Source of the DNA: Eledone cirrhosa
Taxonomy: Eukaryota
Assembly: GCA_964016885.1 (NCBI GenBank)
Contig: CAXHJY010000922.1
Span: 1 to 57,977 of the forward strand
DNA: 57,977 nucleotides
Direction of reading: 5' to 3'
Below, one piece after another: positions 17,221 to 28,193 of this stretch; positions within the stretch are counted from its first letter, which is position 1, and every line of letters starts with the position of its first letter. Both the position numbers and the translations under genes were made by a program. A model generated the notes under the pieces. It was not told the origin of the DNA. It made no database searches and worked only from the letters and a program-made list of their open reading frames with translations.

Positions 17221-18139
17221 TTTGAACAAAGTTTGGGTTTCTGAATTGAATCTATATTAAATATCATTCTCGTTTATTTTTATGTGTATCCACTAACAAC
17301 TTTGAACGCAGTTATATTATTTTATTTAAATGTCAGAGTATTTAGTAAGAATAACTGGTTATTAAAAGAGGGTCCGTAAAAAGAAGCAGAGCCATGTTAT
17401 ACTAAAGATTATGTAATCTACCTCTTTATTATGACTGAACTTTATGGGATTGAGCACATGACCTGCTAGATATAGATGCCAAATTGCCCTTCAAACCAAG
17501 CTATATATTTCATAATGCAGCAGTTTCAAGCAAACCTATTTATTAATCACTTTCTACCTAGAAATTTGAGAATTTTTTTTTTATTACTTTCTCATTATTT
17601 TATTTCAGAATACTCAAATATATTCCTAGGATAAAATTACATAAAAATAATAAAGAATCTAATATTTAGTCAAACATATAGAAAAAGAAAACAGTATTGG
17701 AAAGGACTATAAATGTCATAAATGAGAGGAAATGGAGGCAAAGAACAAGGACTATTAGGCAATGGAAGAAAAAGGGGGGAAGGGGAGAGGGTGACAGACA
17801 TTACACCTAGTTCAGAGTGGTGTTTTGGCTGTGTGCTGCAGACAAAATGGCATTTCTGTGGACAATGACCAGCGACACCCGCTACAACAGCCACCATACC
17901 TCGTGTGGCTCCTTCGTCAGACGGGTTGCTGTCATTCCGATTATCTTAAGAAACATAGGATAAAGTAGTTAGTTGGTAACATTGTCTGAAAATAAAACAG
18001 GGTGACATGGTTGGAATGTGTTGATGATATGACAATCTATTATTATTTACCTTCTGGTCATTGTCTGCGGGAATGCTTTTTGGTCCTGTCCTCGGGGTGC
18101 AGCGCCTTAGACCCAGAGCCCAATCACCCTCACCCTCCC

Positions 18140-18265
18140 CATTCTTCAAAGTTAATCCCGCCGAGCTTAACTTTACCTTTTATCCTTACGGGGTCGATAA
18201 AATAAAGCACTAGTAATTCACTGGGGTAATTGCTGGCCTTGTGCCAAAAGCAGAAACAATTATTT
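18140..18265 (+). mobile_element. SINE 3' part (family also at 48939-49220, 52955 and 55633)
   Basis: ccgccgag...atccttacggggtcgataaaataaag...aattgctggccttgtgcc shared among copies. Confidence 0.75.
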
Positions 18266-18456
18266 AACCTTCTATCTTCTTTGTTTCATTTGTATTATGC
18301 ATCAATTTTGCAGCAGTAACTCCTTTAAGAATTCTTGAATCAATTGATATACTAACAGCTGTTAATAAGTAGTTTGATAGTAGAAACTATTTTTTAGTGA
18401 GGAATATCCAAGTATTTTCAGCATGAGATAAACTTATAAATGATAGGTTACTGTAT

Positions 18457-18951
18457 TTGGATGCCTAGCTGAGCCTGTTTCTGGTTCCTCGACCTGCTAG
18501 AAATAATAACCAAAATCACTCAAATCACACCATTCTGTCTTAAAAGAAGGATGGATGTACTGAGCATGTAATAATGGGATAGACATGACTGGAGTGCCTT
18601 TGGCTATGGATTTGCTCTAACAGAGGTGACCCTAGGTTAAAAATCAATGTGACAAATGACAGCTTGAATAATGGACGTGTTTAGGTTGTTGAACCAGGAA
18701 TGGCAATTTGTTATTGGATGCCTAGACGAGCCTCTACGTGGTTCCTCGACCTGCTAGAAATAATAGCCAAAATCACTCAAATCATACCATTTTGTCTTAA
18801 AAGAAGGATGGATGTACTGAATACAGTAATAATGGAATAGTCATGACTGGAGTGCCTTTGGCTATAGATTTGCTCTAACAGAGGTGACCCTAGGTTAAAA
18901 ATCGTGATAAATGACAGCTTGAATAATGGACGTGTTTAGGTTGTTGAACCA
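18457..18951. repeat. ~255-bp tandem duplication of an interspersed repeat
   Basis: ttggatgcctag...gacctgctagaaataa...ggttgttgaaccag at 18457 and 18713. Confidence 0.9.
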
Positions 18952-19055
18952 GAAGTTGTAATTTGTTCATTGGTAGTTGAAGACCATTTTGTCTTAATAC
19001 AGTCACTTGATGTTTTATTTTAAAATATAACAAAACTTGTATTTATTTATTTTAG

Positions 19056-19197
19056 GGTATCATATTCTATCAACAAAAAATCCAAGAACATGCAATTTTA
19101 CTTACTAAAGATTCATCAAAAGGGAAGGATCCTGCTATTGCTAATATTTACCGTGAATTGGGTCACGTACATCTACTTCTTGAACAATACAGTAAAG
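19056..19197 (+). CDS. KDM6A: KDM6A/UTX-like histone H3K27 demethylase, internal exon (TPR region)
   Basis: T-rich acceptor tttag and donor gtaggt; 142 nt. Reads GIIFYQQKIQEHAILLTKDSSKGKDPAIANIYRELGHVHLLLEQYSK+g, resembling the UTX motif CQLGHFNLLLEDYPK as I recall it. Confidence 0.9.
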
Positions 19198-19299
19198 GTA
19201 GGTTATATTTTTATAAACCTCATGGAATAATATATTTTCTTAAATATTTTGTAAGTACTTGTATTTTTTCATGCCTATAGGAAAGAGATATCTTAGTTG

Positions 19300-19390
19300 G
19301 CAATATCTGTTTGGAAGACATGTCCGGCTGACATACCTCACAGGTAATATCTGTCTAGAAGACATATGTCTGGATGACATACCTCACAAG
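19300..19390. repeat. ~45-bp tandem duplication
   Basis: aatatctgt..gaagacatgtc.gg.tgacatacctcaca x2. Confidence 0.8.
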
Positions 19391-19699
19391 AATACATGCA
19401 TGTTTATATTTGCAGAGTAATTCAGACTATTTCAAACATTTATTTTCATTAAAATAGATTCCTTAAAGAATGATAATTAAAAAAAAATCTTTCTATTGCA
19501 AATAAGAATTGATGATAATTTATAATGTGATTAATTGAATAAATTGATTTTGATGTAAATGCAGCAAATATTTTTATAATTTATTAAGCTAGATAGATAT
19601 TTCTTGATTTACTTTAGTTTTTGTACATTTGGACACTATTGGGCTGGTAGTCTAGCTACATGGAGATTATTGGGTTGGTAGGACATTATAGCAGCGGTA

Positions 19700-22450
19700 A
19701 ACTACTAGGGAAGATGGAGCAATGGGTGACACATGTAGCTCCCAAGAAAACTCTCAAACACAGTGATGTAGCTATGACGAGATGAATAAAGGCTGCCTCT
19801 AAAAAAAAAGCCTAATCTTCTTGGGTTTGAGAAAGTACCAGAATGGTGATTGGCTTGCCTAAGACCACCAAAACTGCAATATGGTGAGAAGAACCATACT
19901 GTATCATCCTTCATGTAGGTTAACAAGGGACACATCCAGGTATTAAGTAGAGGGACCTGTTTGAAAAATATATTGCAGTCTCCATTTCATGCCGCAAAAG
20001 CTGGTGATGGGCCTGCGACCTGTCCTGGGAAGCATGGGATGGATGCACAAATATTTCGCATCCTGAGACCCCAAAGAAGTTCGGAAAGGAGCAAACCTTA
20101 ATTGGAACCTGGAACATCATAACTCTTACAGGTAAGGAGCAGGAACTAATGTAGGAAGCTAGAAGGTACTGGCTAGATATAATTGGGCTTTCCTCAAAGT
20201 TTCATGGCTCTGATACTGTAGATTTGGATGGAGAATGGAAACTCCACTATTCAGGTGTGGCATCAGAAATGACTGCATAGGTGGGAGTGGGGATACTCAC
20301 AAGCTCCTGGCTGTCAGAATGTGTTATGGACTGGATCCCATTAGGAGGGAGTATTTGCCTGTTGATGCTTAAGCTGAAAGATAGGTCTCTGTGGGCTGTG
20401 CAAGTTTATGCACCAAATAATGAGTCCAAATACAGATCCTTCCTTGATGAAGTCACTGCAGCATTAGATGTAGTTAAGACTGAGTCATATATCCTGATGG
20501 TAGACTTCAATGCACACTAAAGAAGTCATGACCAGGTATGCAGATACTATTGCATCAAATTCAGAGAACTCCCTGAGCAAACTGAGGATGTTGAGACAGT
20601 GGAGATTGTTCAGCTCAGCAGTTTCTGCTTCAACTATTAAATGCTGCAGAGGCTTGGTGTGGCACCGGATGGCAAGAAGGCCTCTTGGTTCAATCAAGTG
20701 GTCAAAGATGCCATCCAAACAAAGAAGGAGCTCTACAAAGCTTGACATGGAAAAAAAGTTCTCCTTGCGCTTGCAGTACAAGCAGGCACGAAGAATCACA
20801 GCAGAGATAGTAAAGGCGTCTAAAGTTAAGACATAGAAAGACTTTGAGGTTAAGTTGGAATCCGACTTCAGATCAGCAAATAAAGTGTTCTGACAGACCA
20901 TCCACTGACTTCGTAATAAGAAGTCCTCCTCCACACCTGCTAACAGGAATGCATCTGGGGTTTTCTTCTCTTCAGAGAGGTGCATCCTCATGAGGTGGAG
21001 AGAATACTTTACTGATCTCCTAAACCCGATCACAACATCTGATGTACATGAGGTGCATCTGGGAGTGGTAACGAGAAGTTAAAGAGCTCAAATGTGGAAA
21101 GGCCGCTAGGGAAGATATAATCTGACCTGAGACCTTAAAAGCCTTAAAGAAGGTGTTCTCTGGCTGACTTGTGTATGTCAGGTGGCCTGGATCTCTGGAA
21201 AGGCACCTAAGCAATGGCAATTGGGAGTGATAATCTCAATTTTCAAAGAGGGAGATGAGAGAGTGTTCCAATTACAGAGGGATCTCCTTGTTAAGTCTAT
21301 GCTAAGTGTCTGGTAAACAGATGTAGAGGGATTGTCAAATCCAAATTAACTGATGAAAAGTGTAGTTTTCAGCCCGGACGCAGCTCAACCGACCAAAATT
21401 TCTCACTGGGGCAAATCTTTGAGAAATCGTGGGAGTATTGCCAAGAGGTATATTCTTGTTTTGTTGACCTTGAAAAGGTATATGACCGAATTGCTTGGGA
21501 CATACTGTAGAAGGTTCTGCAAGAGTATGGGATCGATGGTCAGCTTCTTACTACCCTGATGTCTCTATATGAATGCCCGAATAGTTGTGTTCAGATAAAT
21601 GGTGTTAACTCAATACCATTTAATGTGTGAGTCAGACTCCACCAAGGGTGCGTACTGTCACCTCTCCTGCTGGATTGGAAGTGGTATAACTGGTGGGTGT
21701 AAAATCAGTAAGCTGGAATTTGTAGCCGACATGGTGTTATTTAACTCAACAAAAGGTGATCTCCAACTTGTACTTGATAAGTTTGATGCCGAGTGCTGCA
21801 TGGCTAAAATGAAGATCAGTGCTGCGAAAACTGAGACACTTGTCCTCTCAAGGAAGCCTGTGCAGTGCACACTACATTTGTAGAAGTTCAAGTATCTTGG
21901 GGCTGTGTTCATGAATGATGGAAGGCAGGAGGCTGAATTAAGTGCAAGAATTGCAGGAGCTGGTGCAGCTTCAGCATTCGGTAATCAGAGGAAGGGAAGT
22001 AGGTGTAAAAGCCAAACTTTCTACCTTCAATTTGGTATTTGTGCCAACCCTTACCTATGGTCATGAATCTTGGGTAATGACCAAATGAATACGATTGTGA
22101 ATACAAACAGCCGAAATGGGGTTCCTCCGAATGGTCTTTGGAGTAATGTTGCTCAATAGTGCGTAACTCGGAGAGTCACTCCAGGTAGCTTTGATACTAT
22201 AGGCATGTGGTTACAATGTCTCAGGAAAGAATTGCTGGACTGATTTTACAGGCAAAACCAACTGGCGGGAGACCCAGGGGTAGACCCTTTACAAGATGGT
22301 TGGATAACATCCATAAGCTCGGCTGGTCTCACTTGGGGATCCAGTCGGATCCATTAGAGACAGTTGCTTCTGACAGTACCCGCTGGAAGGACTGTTTGAG
22401 GACTCTGCCCACACAACCCTCTCAGGAATAAGTGGGTGAAGAAGACTGAC
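19700..22450 (+). pseudogene. Decayed near-full-length RTE of a different (Expander/RTE-1-like) family
   Basis: Relics IGTWNI, GVGIL, QVYAPN, DFNAH, VDLEK.YD, QGCVLSPL, KFKYLG and RPRGRP.TRWLDNI, with many stops. Confidence 0.85.
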
Positions 22451-22544
22451 ATTACAAATGGAAATGTATGAAACCTAATGGAAAATTAAGATTACTTCTG
22501 CCTTATAATTTCATAATTTCATTGGATACCATTTGAAGAAATAT

Positions 22545-22652
22545 ATTTAGTACTAATTAGACTGACATAAGCTGTAGAGCTGAACAATGTTATGGTACCC
22601 ATTTAGTACCAGCCAGACTGACATAAGCTGTAGAGCTGAACAATATGGTACT
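22545..22652. repeat. ~57-bp tandem duplication
   Basis: agactgacataagctgtagagctgaacaat x2. Confidence 0.85.
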
Positions 22653-22919
22653 TACATATGGTTAAAGGGATTGGTTTATTTGGGGGTTTAATGATTCAGC
22701 ATTTGTGATGGTGTATTAGTGAGCGAGCTGATAGTCCAGCAACTCACCCAAATATAAGAACATGTAAGCACATTACTTATTCATAAAATCTTCTTAGTTC
22801 AAAGTTATCATTTTTTTTTTGCTCTGGAAAAGCAAGAGTAAAATTAAAAAGATATATATATTATATATTTTGTCTCATTTCTTTACTATATCTGAAAATA
22901 TTTCATTTTTTTTTTTCAG

Positions 22920-22969
22920 CTCTATCAGCTTACCAGAAATATTATTATTCTAATCAGGAAACATGGAAG
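22920..22969 (+). CDS. KDM6A: KDM6A/UTX-like internal exon (50 nt)
   Basis: Poly-T/cag acceptor and gtaatt donor; phase-compatible with the previous exon. Reads ALSAYQKYYYSNQETWK versus UTX ALSAYQRYYSLQSDYWK. Confidence 0.93.
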
Positions 22970-23689
22970 GTAATTTTATTTTTGTTATATCTTGCAATGA
23001 TAATTAAAAAGAAATCTTCAAGTGGATATTGTCATTTGATGGAATATCTCTGATTCAGTATCCATTTAATCAGAGAATATTAGTTTAAAAATAGTATTGT
23101 TTAGCACCAGTTATATAATATTAAATGGTCGATAAGTAAAATGACTTCAAGATTAAATACCTGTCTATTACAGTGATATATCTAAAAGAGGGCAGCCAAG
23201 TGCAGTGAGGTGCTCTGAAGCCCACATAAACTTAATGTACCACACTTTTAATACTATCATTGTCTCTACGGACCCTCAGTGTTCTTAGCTGTTAGATCTT
23301 GTCATCGACTGATACATTAGCTTGAAGAACTGGAATTATCTTTTCTCTTGTTGTTCTTTATTATTTTGGAAAGTACATACATGCCATTTGCTCGACAGCT
23401 ATTTGTACATCTATTCCAGCACATTCAGCTTCATTCACACATTCCAGATTATATTAAATCCATCCCCAAATTTCTGTGCTCGCACTGCCACCCCACAATA
23501 CTGTCAGACATCGCTCACTTACCCTAAAGCCACCCCAGTTCAAACTCCACTCTCTGTCTCTCCCTCACCTCACCACTCCGCATCACTGTCTTCCCAGCCT
23601 GACCAAAGACACAAGCATACTAATGATGATTGGTACTCTTCACTTCCTCCCAAAGCTTCCTTTGTTATGTTATGTGCTTATGTGGAGTT

Positions 23690-24290
23690 GAAAATATCAA
23701 CACATGTTTGCTGCTGTTTAGTTGAATGAAAAGTTTTTCTAAAAATCAATATCATCTGCAGTTTATGCTCATTTTTCTATGCTTATACACTTCATCCAAT
23801 TCCCTCTTATGCCAAGTTTTTTCTCTCAGATTGATTATGCTACATTGTTCATGTACACTAACATTACACATCCATTGGAGCATACCCATTTCATTTCTTT
23901 CCAGCCTCTGTAGGTCTTTTATAATCAAGGCTCATGTTTTGGTGCCATTGTAGCATTGCAGTTCTCTGAGAGAGAAACCCTTTGTTGTCAGCAGAAGTAT
24001 TAGCTCTCTAAACTTCTTCCAACCTGTTCATATCCTTGCTATCACACTGATTTGGTCACCTAGGTAACATAAACTGTTGACAACTTTTAGCGATCCTCCC
24101 TTGCAGCTCAGGGAATGTATTTCACATGTGCTTTTAGTGCTTACTTCAGTGCATCTACCACATACAAAGTCTTCTTTAACCTGTCTCTAATCCCACTACA
24201 CCTTTTGTGCACCCATAGATTACACGGTGTGCATGCACATTATGGAATTTCTGACATATTGAACAAGGCCACTTTCTTGTTTGCAGATTC
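23690..24290 (-). mobile_element. Highly decayed RTE fragment
   Basis: Residual similarity to RTGWKKFREL, WVHKRCSG and YLGD segments. Confidence 0.65.
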
Positions 24291-24339
24291 TGCTGTGATT
24301 TATCACAAAACATTAAGTTCCTTTCCTACTGATTGCATT

Positions 24340-24480
24340 ATAGATGTATTCTGTTACATCACCTACAGATGGTTTAAAGATGTACTTTATTACATCAGCT
24401 ACAGATGGTTTAAAGATGTACTGTTACATCACCTACAGATTGTTTAAAGATGTACTCTGTTACATCACCTACAGATAGTT
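24340..24480. repeat. ~35-bp minisatellite x4
   Basis: gatgtac...ttacatcacctacagatggtttaaa. Confidence 0.85.
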
Positions 24481-24828
24481 TCAGGGGATTAACAATATTG
24501 ATAAAGGCATAATTGTTGTGCATCATCATCAACATCATTTAACACCTGTTTTCTCAGCTAGCAATAATTGTATGGGCTACCACAGAGGAAGTCAGTATTT
24601 AATAGGAGCTACTGATTTCTCATCTTACTTACACATGTTTCCATACTCTGAGTGTTCTGGGTGCATTTTATTGTGGCATGCTGTTAGACAAGCTGGGGGT
24701 CTACATCTCACATATGCTCTAGTGTCCTGAAACTGGAATATTCTGGTAAAGATGTTCCTATAAGAGCTTTGCTTGTTACTTCTTACTTCAACTATGTACT
24801 TTATATCAAGTGACTATTACAGTCTGTT

Positions 24829-25716
24829 TTAATAATAATAATGAAATTATTGTGTACAGTGCTCAGGTGCACTACAACTCATCAAAGGTGCATGTATAGT
24901 ACATAGAATAATGTACAAATGTCAGGAAAATGAACAGTGTACGAGTCATGATACAATAACAATAATGAAATATTGTGTACAGTGCCCAGGTGCACCACAA
25001 CTCATCAAAAAAGTGCATGTACAGTACATAGGGCAATGCACAAACATCAGTAAAATGAACAGTGCACGAGTCATGATACACAAATGTGTGCATGTGTATG
25101 AAAGGGGTACATCAGGTGTAGTTTTGGCGTATTTCGGGAAGCATGAGTGTCTTAAAGGATGCAGTGTCTCGGCAGCTAACAATTGACGCAGGCAGTTTGT
25201 TCCATGCTTCAGCAACTCTGAGCGTGAAAAAATGTCTGCGAAAGTCATGGGAGCTGTGCTGTTTTCTTATCTTGTAGGCATGTCCACGTGTGTTAGACAC
25301 ATGGAGATCAAAGAGGCGCTCAGGGTTGCAGTTGGCGAGATGGTTAAAAACTTTGTGGGTATTCACCAAGTCCATTGCCAGACGTCGGAGCTTCAATGAA
25401 TCCATGCCCAGGGAAGCAAGGCGTTCAGAGTATGGTAGGTGTCTGATGGAGGGTATGCGCTTGGTTGCACGTCTCTGAACAGTTTCCAGGAGGTCAATGT
25501 TCCGAGCAAGATAGGGGTTCCAGACTGATGATGCGAATTCCAAGTGTGGTCGCACCATAGCTGTATACAGTTTTAAATAGATGGCTGGAGAGCGGCTAAC
25601 AAAGGTCTTGCTGAGTGATGCCAAGACACCCTCGGCCTTCTTGACAATCTTAGAGACATGCTTTGTCCAACGCAAATCGTTGCTGACAGTAATGCCCAGG
25701 TCACGTTCACAAGATC
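24829..25716 (-). mobile_element. CR1-clade LINE 3' fragment with a duplicated 3' end
   Basis: RPHLEFASSVWNPY, VQRRATK, TRGH.YK and FFTLRV..WNKLP; (ATT)n tail; the last ~125 bp is present twice. Confidence 0.92.
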
Positions 25717-26109
25717 CTTCTCATCTCTATTGTCCTATTGTGTAGATCTATGTATTTACTTGTGTGTTGCTGTATGCATTTGTACTGATGTATGTGGATG
25801 CATGTGTAATTATGGATATATGTTTATATGTGGATGTGTATGCATGTCTGGATGTGTGTGCATGTGTAATTTTCGAATATATGTTCATATATGTTTATAT
25901 CGGGATGTTGCTAAATCAGATATTCGTTCCCAATTTCTCTTAAAAGAAGGTTTTTTTCTTAGCTATAGAGTGGTAAGTTGAATAATGGTCTAACACGCAC
26001 ACACATACCTATATATATCATGATCATCATTTAACGTCCATCTTCCACGCTAGCATGGGTTAGACAGTTTTGTTCCATTTGATGTAGGATTGTATATATA
26101 TATATATAT

Positions 26110-27612
26110 ATCATCATCATCATCATCAACGTTTAACGTCCGTGTTCCATGCTTGCATGGGTTTGGACGGGGGTAGTCCCACTTGAGGCAAGAGTGATTT
26201 TCTTGCTCGCATAGGACTGTCTGGCAGGTTTTCTACAGTTGGATGCCCTTCCTAACACCAACCACATTTACAGTGTGGGTCTGGGAGGTTTTTACCGTGT
26301 TGCCTACACGGCCACATTACAGCGTGGACTGTGTGTTTTTTTGTCGTGACACCTACACGATCTCATTTGTTTCGGCCTGGATGGCGCGGCACCAACATAA
26401 CTTTACATAGAACGGGGTGGTGTGGATGGGGTGGGGGTGGTGGGGGTGGGACGGGGTGTATTTTGTTAGAGATGTCTACTGGCAAGGCGGGTCTTCTCTA
26501 TTACTGAGTACCGCCAAAGGTCTCGGTCCAGTGACATTGTCTTGGTGAGGTGTAAGTGTGTGAGGTCGGAGTTTATCAGCTCGTCCCAGGTTTTTCTGGG
26601 TCTGCCTATTCCGTGGCTACCGTCTATCTTTATTGCCCTGCACTTTGTTATACAGCTATCATCCTTCATGCGCATCACGTGACCATACCAACGTAGCCTT
26701 CTCTCTAGTAAACAACATCTGATCCCTCTTATTTCTAATTTTTTCCTTAGTTCGTTTATGCTTTGTCGTTCACGTATATTACTATTACACATCCAGCGGA
26801 GCATGCAAGCTTCGTTTCTCTCTAGTCTGCATATATCCTCTGCACACAATGCCCAGGTCTCACTGCCATGCAACATTGCTGTTCGTATGCAGGCATCGTA
26901 CAGCCTGCCTTTCATTTTTAGGGAGAACCCTTTAGCAGCTAATAGTGGTATAAGCTCTCTGAACTTTTTCCACCCAGTTCTGACTCTAGCTACTGTACTT
27001 TCAGAGCACCCTCCCCCACTGCTGATTTTGTCACCCAGGTAACGGAAGCTGTCCACTATTTCTATAGAACCCTCTGCGCAGTTGAAAGAGCTAGTATTTT
27101 GTGGGCACTTGCTGCTACTTATATCCCCAGAACACCGGCCACATGTAAAATCTATGTTCTTAGTTAGCTTACCTGTGATCCCACTACATCTTTTATGCAC
27201 CCAAACTTTGCATTTGGGACACAAAATGGAATTTCTACCTACGCCTTTCCTACACTCTGCGCATGGCCACTTCCCGGAGGGGACCGCCGCCTTATTTTCT
27301 TTCTTACAAACTAGAACTTTAGTCTTAGCTAGGTTAATTTTAAGGCCTTTTGATTCTAGGCCGTGCTTCCATGTTTGGAATTTCTTCTCTAGCTCGGCCA
27401 TTGATTCAGCTATGAGCGTTAGATCATCTGCGTATAGGAGTTCCAATGGGCAGCCGGTCTTGAACTCCACTGTTATAGCCTGGAGGGCAATAATAAATAG
27501 TAGGGGGCTAAGAACAGAGCCCTGATGAACACCAACTTTTACACTAAACTCTTCACTATATTCGTTGTTAATTCTAACCTTGCTAACTGTTTCTTTATAC
27601 ATGGCTTGTATA
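26110..27612 (-). mobile_element. RTE family A, 5'-truncated, young
   Basis: Open 378-aa ORF2 C-terminal part, 3'UTR and (GAT)n tail. Confidence 0.96.
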
Positions 27613-27678
27613 TATAGTGTGTGTGTATATATATATATATATATTTATAGTGTGTGTGTATATATATATATATATATA

Positions 27679-27722
<44 letters not shown>

Positions 27723-27843
27723 TGTGTATATATATATATATAGTGTGTGTGTGTATATATATATAGTGTGCGTATATATATATATATATATAGTGTGTGT
27801 ATATATATATATATAGTGTGTGTATATATATATATATATATAT

Positions 27844-27936
<93 letters not shown>

Positions 27937-27965
27937 TGTGTGTGTATATATATATATATATATAT

Positions 27966-28032
<67 letters not shown>

Positions 28033-28109
28033 GTGTGTGTATATATATATATAGTGTGTGTATATATATATATATAGTGTGTGTATATATATGTATATAT
28101 ATATATATA

Positions 28110-28140
<31 letters not shown>

Positions 28141-28193
28141 GTGTGTGTGTATATATATATATATATATAGTGTGTGTGTATATATATATATAT
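27613..28193. repeat. Compound (TA)n(GT)n microsatellite
   Basis: Unit (ta)n-gtgtgtg repeated. Confidence 0.95.
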
